Shown: piece by piece, positions 10,493-25,004 of the stretch
How positions within the stretch are numbered: position 1 is the first letter of the stretch
Layout of the letters: every line of letters starts with the position of its first letter
Source of the DNA: Octopus bimaculoides
Lineage: Eukaryota
Direction: 5' to 3'
NCBI RefSeq assembly: GCF_001194135.2
Contig: NC_068982.1
Location: 99,553,047 to 99,611,109, forward strand
Length of the DNA: 58,063 nt
Notes under the pieces: model-generated
What the model saw: the letters and a program-made list of their open reading frames with translations, nothing else
What the model was told of the DNA's origin: nothing
The model's database searches: none
Made by a program: the position numbers and the translations under genes

Positions 10493-12599
10493 CAGTGTTA
10501 TTATTATTACATGTTTGTTCGAGCAGAAGTATCAGTGTCCATGCCTTATACAGATTCTGCGAAAAGAGGTTGATGTACTTCATATTCATCTTGGTTATAC
10601 AATGTGTGTAGATAAACAAGAAAAACGGCTGAAAAAATAACATGGCTACCAACCCAATTTCAACTCATTTTTAAAGTAATTAACACCTCCCAGGCGTACA
10701 CTCTATTGATTAGGCACATGCTAATATAAACATAGAAAGTGATGTAATATTTAGCTCAAGATGAAATAATTTAAACAGTTTATTAGATTTTTTACCAAAC
10801 TAGATTCATAAGAGTAAGGCAGAAATTCGTATTGACTTGATCATTACTTCATGTCTTCTTCTAGTTCTTAGAAAATTGACCTGATGGTATTGGATAAGCT
10901 CTCTGTGAGGATAGTGGGTCACATTCTGTCAACGATGCACTGTAATTACTACAACTCACTATATGTAATGGTGTAGCATTGTAAAATAGGCAGATGCTTC
11001 GTTGTCTTACAAATATGATTTGAGGTCGACGAAGTAGGTTAATAATATAGTAAAAGTTGATCGAATTGACTACAACCTTTCTTTATAAAATCTATAGCCT
11101 TACCATGATGTAAGAAACGACCACATTGCAAGTGAATATTTTTCCAACCCCGGAGAGACAAAGACAAACGTTAACAATGGCAGGAATCGATCTCAGAACC
11201 TTGTTAGATGAAATTACTTTTCTTTTGGTCCTCCTAAGTTGTTATATCTGGCCTATTATGGCATTTAAATATTTTGAATGAAAACTGTGTTGCAGTCATA
11301 GCTTTGAAAAATTCGCCTCTTACTCTCTGGTGCCTATTTTGCCCCATTTCAAATAATACTACTTCGAACTCGCGCTTTACTTACGGAATGATGATGAAAT
11401 TTAAAATTTAAAATGTATGTTTGTTTAAAATACTAATTTTAATATAAAATATTTTCAGTTTAAATACAGAATTTTTGAAAACTTATTAACTTTATCTCTG
11501 TTTTCATTTTCAGAAAAATATGTTATAGTTAAGCGCTTATTAAGATTGTTAAAATTGAGAGCAACTTTCTCAACGAAAGTTTATAAATAATTTTTTAATA
11601 TTGTTTATCGAAAAAAGTTTATTTAAAAACAATATTCTATTTCATTTGATTTTACTTAAATGACTTTTCTACAAACAACGTTCTNNNNNNNNNNNNNNNN
11701 NNNNNNNNNNNNNNNNNNNNNNNNNNNNNNNNNNNNNNNNNNNNNNNNNNNNNNNNNNNNNNNNNNNNNNNNNNNNNNNNNNNNNNNNNNNNNNNNNNNN
11801 NNNNNNNNNNNNNNNNNNNNNNNNNNNNNNNNNNNNNNNNNNNNNNNNNNNNNNNNNNNNNNNNNNNNNNNNNNNNNNNNNNNNNNNNNNNNNNNNNNNN
11901 NNNNNNNNNNNNNNNNNNNNNNNNNNNNNNNNNNNNNNNNNNNNNNNNNNNNNNNNNNNNNNNNNNNNNNNNNNNNNNNNNNNNNNNNNNNNNNNNNNNN
12001 NNNNNNNNNNNNNNNNNNNNNNNNNNNNNNNNNNNNNNNNNNNNNNNNNNNNNNNNNNNNNNNNNNNNNNNNNNNNNNNNNNNNNNNNNNNNNNNNNNNN
12101 NNNNNNNNNNNNNNNNNNNNNNNNNNNNNNNNNNNNNNNNNNNNNNNNNNNNNNNNNNNNNNNNNNNNNNNNNNNNNNNNNNNNNNNNNNNNNNNNNNNN
12201 NNNNNNNNNNNNNNNNNNNNNNNNNNNNNNNNNNNNNNNNNNNNNNNNNNNNNNNNNNNNNNNNNNNNNNNNNNNNNNNNNNNNNNNNNNNNNNNNNNNN
12301 NNNNNNNNNNNNNNNNNNNNNNNNNNNNNNNNNNNNNNNNNNNNNNNNNNNNNNNNNNNNNNNNNNNNNNNNNNNNNNNNNNNNNNNNNNNNNNNNNNNN
12401 NNNNNNNNNNNNNNNNNNNNNNNNNNNNNNNNNNNNNNNNNNNNNNNNNNNNNNNNNNNNNNNNNNNNNNNNNNNNNNNNNNNNNNNNNNNNNNNNNNNN
12501 NNNNNNNNNNNNNNNNNNNNNNNNNNNNNNNNNNNNNNNNGTACACAACTTCCAGGAGCAAAAATTTCACAGTGGCAGTAGGATAGGTGATAGGAAACA

Positions 12600-13720
12600 A
12601 CGTGCCAATGATTGTAATTGATCTTTACCGGTCAGAGCGATTGCCTTTCATGATTGCATATTAGGATATTTTTATGTGTAGTTGTTGCGCACATCGTCCA
12701 AGAAAATTGAGTGCTCTGTGTTTTGTAGAATCAACAATTAGTCAGGAATGAAAGGGGTTTTGGACCTAAAGAGGAAGTATCGCCTTTAGATAATAGTTTT
12801 AGTAGATTATAAAGACATAGTTACCGTTAAATATCATCGGATTATACGACGTAATATTTCTAATGAATTTGAAGGTGTTGTAGTTTTGTGATTGTTTCAT
12901 TGATATGAGAAGTAATTGTATTTTGGAGCCGTTGAATAAGGCTAAATGATTTCATTAGGGATCATTTCAAAGTCACTATTCATGGAAGCGATGTCAAGGT
13001 ATCGAGATTCAGGGTAGATGACGCCTATGTGTGGATAGTTAAAGATGATTGATTTGAGGAACATCTGCGCAGGAGAGTGTGTTGTTAGAAATAGCATCAA
13101 GTAATGTGGAGAAAGAAGGCCATTAAAGATGTAATTTAACCCCGAAGTATACCGATAACACGTGATACAGAGTAATCTCCGTGTATTCAAAATACCAAGG
13201 AATGTTCTGACGGAAAACGTTTGATCCAAAAACGAGAGACATGGAAGCTGTCGGTGCGCATCTTAGCAAGGAGATTCTTGAGCCAAGAACAGTGGAAGGC
13301 TTTGCTAATGTTAAGGACAATCACATTTCTTTCGCTGAAATTCTTAATGGAGGGAGTTGAAAACATACCTTCTGTACAACTGTGTCTGTAGGAATCACGC
13401 TGACAGAAGCTAATGAAGGAAGAATATAATAGAAGAGGTTATTATTTACAACTGTTTCCTTCAGTTGAAATCTATGACAGTCGATACTTGACAGGATTAA
13501 AATAGATGACTTTTTTGAGGGATATACTGCGCTATTGTATGTATCCATGGATTTGAATAAATTTAGCGCGAATGGAAGCACTTGTTGGAAATGATGAGAG
13601 AAACACCTGGGCTAGAGTAACTGGAAAAGTTTTAGCGTTTGATGACTGAGTGCATGTAGTTGTAAGATTACTGAGTAAGAGATGGGGAATTTGAGAGGGG
13701 TTTGGCTACATAACATTTAC
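12600..13720 (-). mobile_element. Heavily decayed CR1/L2/Jockey-group LINE reverse transcriptase remnant
   Basis: Minus strand RSISLKKVI and VIVLNISKAFHCSWLKNLLAKMR..WIKRFPSEHSLVF, resembling YRPISL and LDISKAFDxVWH..LL.KL..WI..FLS.R; many stops. Confidence 0.6.
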
Positions 13721-14754
13721 TTCTTTAATAAGCGTAAATACAATAAACCTCACTTAAAAACAAAACCATGTCTCGGGTTCGGCTTGTCGGAAGATTACTT
13801 GTACTGCGTTGGCTAATGTATACTCATGACATGCGAAGTTTTAACTAAATATATCAAGTTTGTATTTATATTGTTTTAGTTCAAATGTTAATGGAATAGA
13901 AAAAGAAATACTCAGAGAATTCCTCTAATTAGCTTAAGTCTCCTGTCTTGTGTAATTTTGTAATGCCGTTCAGCTAGAGTTAAAACAGACTTTAAAAATC
14001 AAATCAATTTCATCACAAGACAGACTTTCAAAACTTTCAGTTTGTACTGTGAACAGTAATGTTCTTATTATTGGCAGAGCTATGCAAATTTTATGTCAAT
14101 ATAAATATTAACATAACTTTCATTTTAGTAAGTAACAACTTTCTTCTAAAAACTATTCAAAGTAAAAAAGCATGATCTTTTAAAGAGTCAAAACTGTGTA
14201 ACTGCAAATGTATGTGTGTACGTGCGCGCGCGTATGCGTTTGAGTGAGTCTGTGTCTGTGTTTGTGTCTGTGGGTATGTATGTAAATATGTATATGTTTG
14301 TATGAGTATATATGTGAAGTATGTGTGTACAAAGTACGTTTGGATTTACACACGGAAGAAAACAATATTCAAGAAATTTGAATGCCAGAATAACTACTGA
14401 AGTATTTTCAGTTTCAGAAGAATGTGTAACTACTGAATAGCATCAAAGACCCCATGAACATTCTTCGGGGTACCATTATCGTTGTGGTTACTGGTAGTAT
14501 TCAAAAGCTTTCCATGAAATAAGTTAATCTTAGATGTGCAAGTTAATACGATAGTCGCTGTTATGTAGAGCAGCAGCAGTTTACATTGATGTACTGGGTT
14601 TGTCCATGTGATTTATCTACCGATATATACAATGAGGTTGCGACAATTAAATGCGACAATTAACTGCCTTTACAGCAATGAAGAAGTAAGAAGGTACCCC
14701 TCTGACCAGCTTCGGATACATGTGGTTAATTCCCTCTATATATGGGTCTAAAAT

Positions 14755-14878
14755 AATGGCAGAAGGCCAGCAATTTTGGTGGGAGTGTGTAAGTCGATTA
14801 CATCGACTCCAGTGTTCAACTGGTACTTATTTTATTGACCCCGAAAGGATGAAAGGTGAAGTTAACCTCGGCGGAAGT
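14755..14878 (-). mobile_element. SINE family 1, 3' fragment
   Basis: aagtcgattacatcgactccagtg..ctggtacttattttattgaccccgaaaggatgaaaggtgaagttaacctcggcggaa. Confidence 0.8.
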
Positions 14879-16056
14879 GTTTCCTCTATATATTGAAACA
14901 AAATTTTGAAGGGAAGTTTACTTGTCACATTTATCAAATGATATATTCATATCAATGAAATACTGTGAGAATTAAAATGGATATCTAAATTTAGACTCAA
15001 TATTTGAATTTCCTACAAGCGGATCGCTTGAGTGAATGTCGTTTTACATTTCCTATTGATAGCTCTGAGCAAATCAAATACATTGTCCTGGAGAATGCTC
15101 CTCTGATTTCAAATAATATATTTTATTTGAAATAAAATATTTTTTAATAAAACGATTAACTAGAATATAATTTCGCTTAAAATGAAATATCTTATTTGAA
15201 ATATTTAAAAATTTTATGCGAAAGCCTCCGTAATTATTTGCATATCAAAAACTTTGTGTTTAATTGTGTAAATCCAGTTACAAAAAAGTAACTGAATTAT
15301 ATTTATTTTGCTTTTCACAAACTTGTTTGGAAGGATGAACGGATGGATGGATGGATGGACGGACGGACGGACGGACGGACAGACGGACTGACAGATAATG
15401 CAGTTCTTGTTCTCGTCATTATTTGATATTTCGTTTGCTCTCTACTTTGTCGTTGTTTATATGGGAGTCCAGATGAAAGGATAACTGTGAGATCACACTA
15501 CTACACAATCGGAGTTTGTGGACAAGTGATAACAATTATATTGAATTCTAATGAATGGTTATTTGTCCTTTTATAGCAAAACTGAATTATAAAGTATGTG
15601 TGTGTGTGTGTGTTTTCTTCTTTTAAAACCAATATCCTCCTATTCGTTATGTTAAGCAATTAATTTATTTTGTTATTTCAGTGAATAATAAGCTCAAATC
15701 ATAATTTATTATCAACTTAACTCACTTCATTCTACTTATTTTATTTAAAACATTACTAACAGGTCACCAATAGTATGTAATCTTGTGAAACTGCCATTAA
15801 TATTCTTTCCGTGCAATAATGTTAGTATATCTGCGCCTTATTGTTTGATAGTTTAATGTTTGATTCTGACTAGTCACTTCCCTACTGTCAAGGTTGTACA
15901 AGGAAAAAAAATTACATAGCATATTGTGCTTTCCAATATCCTTTCCCAAATCTCTACCTACTAAACTTCTAAGTTCTTTCAGATTTTTATAATCTTAGAT
16001 GGGAGAATCATGTTTAAGGCACGGAAACTGTGGATCTGCGCGCTTTCTCCGTGCAA

Positions 16057-16211
16057 GCGTGATTGTGTGGGAAGAAGCTTGCTTCCCAACCTCATGGTTC
16101 CTAGTTCAGTCCCACTGCGTGGCACATTGGGAAAGTGTCTTTTACTCAGGCCGACCAAAGTCTTTTGAGTAAATTTGGTAGACGAAAACTGAAAGAAGCC
16201 CGTCGTATATA

Positions 16212-16247
<36 letters not shown>

Positions 16248-16387
16248 TGTTTGTCTCCCACCACCACTTGACAACTATTGCTGGTGTGTTTACATCTCTG
16301 CAACACATTGGTTCAGCAAAAAAGAGANNNNNNNNNNNNNNNNNNNNNNNNNNNNNNNNNNNNNNNNNNNNNNNNNNNNNNNNNNNN

Positions 16388-16457
<70 letters not shown>

Positions 16458-16658
16458 TGTTTGTCTCCCACCACCACTTGACAACTATTGCTGGTGTGTT
16501 TACATCTCTGCAACACATTGGTTCAGCAAAAAAGAGATCGATAGAAAAAATCCCAAGCTTAACAGAATATAAGTACTGGGGCCGATTCATTGGACTAAAA
16601 ATTCTTCAAGACGGTGCCCCAAGATGGCTAGAGTCTAATAACCGAAACAAGTAAATAA
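16057..16658 (+). mobile_element. SINE family 2 (tRNA head, internal (TG)n, conserved tail), spanning a gap
   Basis: tgtgtgggaagaagcttgcttcccaacc..ggttcagtcccactgcgtggcac..gtagacgaaaactgaaagaagcccgtcgtatat (TG)n ..gaaacaagtaaa; homologous to 20478-21020. Confidence 0.85.
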
Positions 16659-16760
16659 AAAAAAACCTTGTATTAATAATAATGGCAGAAGGATAAAAGT
16701 ATGTTTTGGGGAATGCAGTTGTAAAAGAAAAAAAAGGAAAAAAAAGGCATCGGAGGGGTG

Positions 16761-17063
16761 ATGCATACCCTACCCGCACACAAGGTTAAGATAAAATTTA
16801 ATTTAATTATCTCACACGAATTCATATTTCAACAAAATGACATGAAGAGTTATTTCCCCTGTATATCATTTATGCATATGTAATAAATAAAAAAAAAACA
16901 TTTGATTCACCAAACCAAAATTTAATGCGCTCGATTCACTCACCAAATGAGTATTTCTGCTAGATTTGGTGAAAATCCGTTCAGCCGTTCTCCAGTAATT
17001 TTGCAAGCACACAAAGACGACCGACTACAATATCCTGCTTTCGTTTACACGTGCAGGGTAATT
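16761..17063 (+). mobile_element. Possible Helentron-associated (HINE/DINE-like) non-autonomous element
   Basis: taccctacccgcacac...agatttggtgaaaatccgttcagccgtt...cacgtgcagggtaat; motif recognition from memory only. Confidence 0.35.
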
Positions 17064-17779
17064 ACTTGCCAGTTTTTTTTCTTTGTTTTTTGTTTTTTAT
17101 TTTGCACCACATTGATCAAATAGACAGTTGACTTCCTCTGATGACAAGACAATTTATTTTAGGATTTTCTATAACAATATGAAACTTGTTCCGATTTTAT
17201 TTATTAACTATATTGTTTTCAAGTCCTTCAATATCTCCACAATTCTCTTCATCTACCAATCTCTTGTTTTCTTTTCCACTGGTTATTGTCATTTATTTCT
17301 TTCTGGTTTTGTTTCAGATTACTCTCTCACGACCACATAATATCATATCGGGAGATACGATCTTCAAAAAATGTTCACAAAGCAGGCAATTACACTTACC
17401 TAAACTGTCGTTCGGTTTAACACAACTCGGCTCTTGTATAGATATAGCAGAGTCAACTCTGTTGCAAACATCCGGACCAGATCAGAGGATAAGTAACTCA
17501 ATATCTTGATACACTACTTCCTACTACAGTGACATAAGCCTTTCTTATTACCTTCTATATTCACAGAGATCCTGTAAAGTTTATGGACACCGATCTTCTA
17601 CCTCTGTCGAAACTATAAAACAAATTACGTGGATAAATTCTTCAGATTTTGATTTCTGCAGAGTCTATATTTATTGTGAGCAGGGTTATTTATTGTTGTT
17701 GTTGTTGATGTTATCTATTATTTGTATTTGAAGTAAAATACATTTGAAGAGGCCTCCCTACTCTTGAATTGTTTTGAGG

Positions 17780-18078
17780 TATTCTTCAAAGTGAAATGTT
17801 AAATATCTGCATGTACTCTATGGTACACCAAAACTACATAAGGTCCACAGGATTATCGCTCAGACGCAGATGCACTCTGCATCGACAGCAGATTGCATTC
17901 CAAGAATACAGAATGATACCCTTTAGTGAACATATTGAAAAATGCGCAAAATAAATGCTACCACAATTTGTAATCTTTCCATTCTATCAATGTGCCATTG
18001 GAACACCAACACAAGTTAGATTAAATAAGCAAACCTTCTTCATTGAAAAATATAAGCCAAAACTTATCCATTTCTAAC
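17780..18078 (+). mobile_element. Penelope-like element, GIY-YIG endonuclease remnant
   Basis: NYIRSTGLSLRRRCTLHRQQIAFQEYRMIPFSEHIEKCAK*..FVIFPFYQC..RLNKQTFFIEKYKPKL: YIGxT..L..R...H and terminal E..FI..Y.P.LN pattern of PLE endonucleases. Confidence 0.75.
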
Positions 18079-18482
18079 ATTTTTAAATAAGGACACTCAC
18101 CTCATTGAAAAAATACAAAGCAAAACCTAACCACTTGTAACATTTTATTCCTTCTGAACCAGATCATGTTAAATTAATCAAACCTAGTCATTCCCAACAT
18201 TTTTTATTATCTCCCTTATACCGGAAAAATTCCTGATTACCTTCCCCTGTCCGGAACTCATTATTTCACGTCATAGCGAAGACATGACACGATATAGGTA
18301 AAGAAATTTGAGAAATTTGAAAAAAAAATACGAATCCGGTTATTTCTCCAAAAATAATGTTACTATACTAAAAATTTTATAACATTTTTCAAACATAACG
18401 ATTTAAATATATACTTTATCCATATAACACAAGCCTTCTGCAGTTTTTTTCACTCTTTTTTGTCTTTTATATATAATATATG

Positions 18483-18513
<31 letters not shown>

Positions 18514-18569
18514 GATAACGACTTGTCACTCCTCCAACTTTGCACAGGGATAAACTTATTTATATTATA

Positions 18570-21450
18570 TCAAGTATCCAGTTTAATGTAAGGTATACCA
18601 TATTACCATATGGATACATCCTCAGTCCAAAGAGTGGTATTTAACAGATTTTGCAATTGATGTAGTGGATTTTGGTAATATTTTGGACTTGTTAAAGCCA
18701 AAATTAAAATGACGATACATCCTAAGCACAGACGGTCAAAGAACAAATCCCTACCAAAAAGAATCAATGTAGGAGAGCTTAAAGATCTTGAGTTGTGGGA
18801 ATTTTAGCAGGAACCGATTCAGGATCCGTCATCATAGGGTGAATTAGAAAATAATTTACATGATATCTCTTCAGAATTCCTTGGATTTGAAAAACCTGAT
18901 AGAGGGGATTAATTTTACAAAAATAATACAGAGATAACTCAACTACTTGAGCAAAAGTCTGCACTCAGAAAATCACTCTAGATTAATTTATTCTCTAACA
19001 GTCTCAAAAACACAAGAGAAGCTAAAACGAATTAAAACAGGGGTACAGAGAGCAATAAGAGGAATGGAGTATGAAAGAAAATTGACAGAGGAGTTTGTCA
19101 AAAGATATTCAATCAGAAGCTGATTACCATGATGCTAAAGAGTTTTATACTCATAAAAAAAAGGCATATGACCCTGAAGCTACTAAAGTAAACAGCAACA
19201 GCTTTGCTTGAATGCAAACGTGTAATGTTTGCTCTTTACGTTTCTTTCTTATTCTTTATATCAATAGAAGCTATTGTCAAATGATGGAAGGAAACTTTTC
19301 TAATTTATTAATCCGAAATTCTAATGTCAGTGGTGATATCGACTCCAATCTTCATCACATATTAATCATTTATTAATTGGATAATATTCCTTTAGTTGAA
19401 GAGGTTCAAATCTCTATTAATAAACTTAATCCTGGAAAAGTGCCAGGAATAGATGGAATCACAAGTTAGGAGCAGTACCAAACGCTTGGTTTGATGGTGT
19501 TATATTTCCTGTTTATAAGGGGAAAAGAGTGGTTGATGAGTATAAATATTCAAGAGGAATCATATCCTTATCTTCTGTGGGAAAAATATTTACTGGGCTT
19601 CTCTTTGCACAATTAAACGATAAGATTTCACCGAATGTTCTTTCAGAATCTTAATGTGGTTTTAGACCAAATACGGAGCCATGTGTATGATGTTTTCTAC
19701 ATGTCACGCGCAACAAAAATGTCGTAAATAAAATCTATATTTAGTCCAGAGTTTTGTCGATTTCACAATGGCCTTTGGCACTGTAAATAGGCACGTATAA
19801 CTGGAAGTTTTACGTAAGCTTGGTGCCCTGTAGGTTTTGTAAACATGAGGTCTGGAGAACTTTTCGTTTGTACTTGAAAGTACATTCAAAGGTTGCAGGG
19901 AAGATGTATATATTCATTACATAATAACCGGTATATTAGTTAATTTGAAAAGGTTTTCAGGGAAAACAAAAATGTTTACCTCTTTAATAAGAGATTTATT
20001 GTATGCAGATGGTTGTGACTTGGTAACCTGTTCAATCAGTGACACGCAGCACCTAATGCTTAAATTGATAAATCCTGTAAACTTTATCTAAATTTATTTG
20101 GGTTTACAATAAATTTACATAAAGCTGTTGCTATTTCAAACAGCTTCCAGCCCAAATTGAATGTTATGGACGAATATGTCTATCTTGGAATTGGGTGGAC
20201 TTCATTAAACTATGAAATAGCGAACCGTTTCAGGCTTTCAAGAATTTTGAAAGGAAGGACATGCTTGGTCTAATAGAGATATTACAGGGAACACAAAGGT
20301 TACAGTGTATAGGGTGTGTGTGCTTTCAACCTTTCTACTCACGTGAGACGTGAGTAGCATATAGGAAGAAGGTTTATTTACATGAACGATTTCATTAGCG
20401 ATGTTTGCGCTCAGTATTAAAAATGAAATGGGTGTGCAAGGAACCGGATTCTGAAGTAGTTGAGCGTTCTGGTATACTCTTTTACTTGTTTCAGTCATTT
20501 GACTGTGGCTATGCTAGAGCACCGCATTTAGTCTAGCAAATCGACCCCAGGACTTATTCTTTGGATGCCTAGTACTTATTCTATCGGTCTCTTTTGCCGA
20601 ACCGATAAGTTACGGGGACGTAAACACACCACCATCGGTTGTCAAGCGATGTCGGGGGGACAAACACAGACACACAAACATATACACACACATACATACA
20701 TACATACATATNNNNNNNNNNNNNNNNNNNNNNNNNNNNNNNNNNNNNNNNNNNNNNNNNNNNNNNNNNNNNNNNNNNNNNNNNNNNNNNNNNNNNNNNN
20801 NNNNNNNNNNNNNNNNNNNNNNNNNNNNNNNNNNNNNNNNNNNNNNNNNNATACATATATACGACAGGCTTCTTTCAGTTTCCGTCTACCAAATCCACTC
20901 ACAAGGCTTTGGTTGGCCCGAAGCTATAGTAGAAGACACTTGCCCAAGGTGCTACGCACTGGGACTGAACCCAGAACCATGTGGTTGGTAAGCAAGCTAC
21001 TTACCACACAGCCACTCCTGAATAGCATTGAAACTGAAATTCATTGATACTGACTTCACAGGACTGGCCATCTTATGAGGTAATCTGATCAATGCATGCC
21101 AAAATAACTATTATGTGGTCAGATAAAAGAAGCAAAGATACCTCAATGCAAACCAAAAATGTGTTTCAAAGATTCAATAAATAGTTCACTGAAGAATTTT
21201 GAAATGATGCATGTAAACTGGGAGAGTGATGAAATGGATCGGAGAAAATGGAGGAGTAAAATCCGTTAACAGACTGCATTGTTTGAAGATAACAAGTGGA
21301 AACATGCTGTAACAAAAGTAAGACAGGGAAGGGTTTGCTTGTGGCCAATGATCCTTTTCTTCTTCCTTATGATACCTGCAACTTTATTTGTCTATGCCAT
21401 GTTGGACTAGTTAGTCATGAGCGTAATCATATATTTAGGTCTTCTCCTCT
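18570..21450 (+). mobile_element. RTE-clade (BovB-like) LINE remnant, interrupted by a SINE
   Basis: WIHPQSKEWYLTDF (APE end), LSES*CGFRPN, FVDFTMAFGTVNR, LIRDLLYADGCDLV, KMCFKDSINSSLKNF, CNFICLCHVGLVSHERNH (RTE C-terminal Cys/His motif); many stops and frameshifts. Confidence 0.8.
20478..21020 (-). mobile_element. SINE family 2, full length, inserted in the RTE LINE
   Basis: Reverse complement caggagtggctgtgtggtaagtagcttgcttaccaacc..ggttcagtcccagtgcgtagcaccttgggcaagtgtc..(ATAC)n..gactgaaacaagtaaaaga. Confidence 0.9.
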
Positions 21451-22059
21451 GATGATTATTCACAGTTCCAATCTATTGAACTAATAAGATCTGCAGAAGT
21501 AAAATTTGGGTTGACTAGGCACAAGAAATATCACAATAGCAATTTGCAGCGATTTTCACTACTAAATCAAGCGTTTTCATGTCGTCTGTGTGGAAAAATT
21601 TATAAATTTCTTACTAGACCTAGGAGTTATTTCCGGTCGCATAACATATAGACAATACCTAACCAACTTGTAATTCTCTAACTGTAAATATTTTACTTAA
21701 TATCTTCTTATCAATGGATTTGTATCAAATTTGTATATAACTGTTACTTATTAATTTTTACAGGTAAATAATTTTTTATTTATTTTTAATTAAACATTTT
21801 ATTGTTTGTATATAACAATAATTTTACTGCAAACATAACTAAAGGCGCTAATTGATTTAACATTAATGTATTTTCGTGTAATACTTGAGTGGTTATGTGT
21901 TGCTACTTTTAACTAGCTTAGTGTCCATTGTATGTGTTCTGACAGTATCGATGGTTGGAAAAACCATACTCGATTAACGAGTCGAGAGTCATGGTAGATA
22001 GGCATGAATATTTGTGTGTGTGTATGTGTGTGTGTGCGTGCAAACTTTTATATGTATAC

Positions 22060-22325
22060 ATGGTGAAGGTACGTGGCCTACTAGTTAGGACATTAAATTC
22101 CTGAGTGTAGGGTCGTGCTTTCAGTTCCTAGACCGGGTGGTACGTCAGGTTTCTGGGCAAACCACTTCACTTCACTCCACGTTACTCTCAAGTGAAATTA
22201 TTTCCCTATAACAGCTAGAAGATAGTCCCGTGATTGATTGGAGTTCTGTCCAGTAGGGGAGTACTGTACCCCCTGGTCGCCATGCAAACTGTGGAATAAA
22301 CTCTAACCTAATGAGCTTGTAGGTT
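22060..22325 (+). mobile_element. Old tRNA-derived SINE with V-domain-like segment
   Basis: Degenerate head gtggcctactagttagg..ttcagttcctagaccgg and cccgtgattgattggagttctgtccagtagggg, similar to the V-SINE central motif. Confidence 0.4.
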
Positions 22326-22354
22326 TGTATCAGCCCCCTGATATGTATATATCT

Positions 22355-22575
22355 TTTATCTTTTACTTGTTTCAGTCATTGGATCATTGGACTGCTTCTC
22401 CGCCTTGAAAGGCTTAATAGAATACATCGACCCCAGTACTTATTTATTTTTTTAAGGTTAATATATATTCCATCGGTCTCTTTTGCCGAACCTCAAAATT
22501 GCAGGTACGTAAATAAATCAACACCGGTTGTTAAGTGGTGGAGATAACAAACACACTGACAGACACACTTAGAGC

Positions 22576-22615
<40 letters not shown>

Positions 22616-22622
22616 GGCAGAC

Positions 22623-22672
<50 letters not shown>

Positions 22673-22764
22673 ATATCACGTGCTTTTTTCAGTTTCCGTC
22701 TACTAAATTCAATCACAAGGCTTTGGTCGACCCAAGGTCATAGTGGAGGACACTTGCCCAAGAT
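22355..22764 (-). mobile_element. SINE family 2, partial, with (GACA)n(GATA)n
   Basis: tcttttacttgtttcagtcatt..tcggtctcttttgccgaac..ttcagtttccgtctactaaattc..gacacttgcccaag. Confidence 0.8.
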
Positions 22765-22935
22765 NNNNNNNNNNNNNNNNNNNNNNNNNNNNNNNNNNNN
22801 NNNNNNNNNNNNNNNNNNNNNNNNNNNNNNNNNNNNNNNNNNNNNNNNNNNNNNNNNNNNNNNNNNNNNNNNNNNNNNNNNNNNNNNNNNNNNNNNNNNN
22901 NNNNNNNNNNNNNNNNNNNNNNNNNNNNNNNNNNN

Positions 22936-22968
<33 letters not shown>

Positions 22969-23001
22969 TTGTGTATATGTGTGTGTGTGTAGATATATTG
23001 T

Positions 23002-23038
<37 letters not shown>

Positions 23039-23290
23039 ATACACGTACATACGTACGTACGTACGTATGTATGTATGTATGTATGTATGTATTATGTATG
23101 TGTCCGTGTATGCATGTACGTATGTCTATATGTCTGCAAGTGTATTAATGTGTGCGTGCATGGTTATCATTGCAAGTGTGGATTTATATGTTTTGGCGTA
23201 AGTGTACATATACATATGTTGTAACTCGTACACATGTGTATATACATGTCCTTATTTTATACTCTTTAGCTGTTTGTATGCATATGCATG
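22936..23290. repeat. Compound (TG)n/(TA)n/(TATG)n low-complexity tract
   Basis: Direct reading. Confidence 0.9.
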
Positions 23291-24924
23291 GACATCCAAA
23301 TGTGTGCCAAATGTAAATGAGTTGAAGTGCGTGTCATTTATTGCATTTAACCCAGTAAATTCGAGGTCCCGAATGTATTTCCAAATCGAAATTTGTAACG
23401 TGGTATCTTTTTGTGTCTATAGAATATAGTTGTATATAACTACAATTAAACAACGTTTCACTTAAAATTATATTCTAATATTTTTCTTTTGAATTTGCCA
23501 TCAGATTTTATATATGTATATATGTACTTTGAACCTGAGATCCTGCTTTTGTTATAACGAGTACTAAATTTCAAGAAGTACCCTCTCATTAAACTCAGAC
23601 CAGGATGTTTATTTCAATTCCTTATTGATCTTGCTTCATGTTATCCACTAATACCTTTCGAGAATTCATGAACATTAAGATTTACATAACTGAATATTAT
23701 TCGAATAAGCACAAAATCTACTTCAACTCTTTTACAATTCTTATAGGCCTCAGTCATTTACTTATCTTGGCAACAGAAATTACAGAACCAGGAGAGTGTT
23801 GTAATGACGTTCTTATCTATTATTTACCTCAGTAATAGACCATTACCATTTCTCTTCCTTTACAAAATCTGGACTATAAAGAGAAGGAAATATATTACTC
23901 AAACACCATTGTTGGTCTTTGTGGAATCGTGATGCTTTATTTAGAACCTGTTTTGTAATCGTCTCACTCTCTGTTGTCATTAAAACATGTCGTTAAAGTT
24001 ATTGCAGTCGTTTATTTGCTTTTGTTATTTTGAAAATTTCTGATAATGAGCATTGACTTATAATAAAATTCAAGAATTATAGTAATCAAGTGAGAAGATA
24101 AGCGCAGGCAGTGCGAAATTTGTACACGAGTAGAAATGAGATACGCAAATTTGTGGGGGATGAAGATCGACTTGCTAAGTTTGGAAGGATATTTAAATTT
24201 AAATTTCAAAACAGGCAAACATAAAATAAAATCTAGCTACTTCAATTATCATGTTAACTATGAACAATTTTGACTGAAATGGATTTAATATAACCTCTGA
24301 GAAGAAAACTTGGGGTGTGGATGTATCATATCATCTTCTGAACAGAATGCTTTTCTGCTGACAAATAACAAGATAAGATTGTCGATTAAATGTACTCCCT
24401 GCTTTTTCTGCTTGATTTCTTAATTATTAAGACACTATAACTATTTTCTATATAAAGTTGGTGAGGAAAAGGGTTTGTGTGAACTAGTTACAGTTTTCGT
24501 TGTACTTCTCTTTCGTAACCGTATAGATGTTAAGGTAAAATACTTTAGTCAGATATAACTGTCCGATGTGTGATACAAAAGACTCCAACATAAGTTTGTT
24601 TAGAGCAAAGTCGCTTTGAAAAAACAAAATTGAGAGTCAAAATATTTTGTTTTTTGGTAGTATTTTTTAATTTAAGAAGACCAGCAATGCGTGAGTTAAA
24701 GAGATGAAATTATATTAAAGTAATCAAAAATCAATTATTTAAAGTTTATGACTTCTGTGACACCAAGGATGGTAATAAGACATATTTTAAAAGTTATATT
24801 TCAATGTATGCCAGTATTATTATTGTATTGTCTCTTTTCTTCATTCTGTTTAATACATTATGTGCATCTTTGGATATATTTTTAATTTCATCTTCTATTT
24901 TGTACTATAAATGAGAAATAAAGA

Positions 24925-24927
<3 letters not shown>

Positions 24928-25003
<76 letters not shown>
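24928..25003. repeat. (TAT)n microsatellite
   Basis: Direct reading. Confidence 0.95.

Positions 25004-25004
<1 letters not shown>

Noticed and set aside
16240-16537. Exact ~88-bp duplication on both sides of a short N gap (same pattern at 10336-10400)
   Set aside because: Identical sequence flanking a gap is the signature of unmerged overlapping contig ends, i.e. an assembly artifact
17138-17195. CTGATGA...GAAAC near the Penelope-like fragment
   Set aside because: No convincing stem I or stem II
21442-21505. Hammerhead-like CTGATGA, TTATT/AATAA stem and CTGCAG palindrome after the RTE stop
   Set aside because: GAAA is replaced by GAT, U16.1 is absent and stem I pairs poorly; at most a dead relic or an RTE 3'-UTR stem-loop
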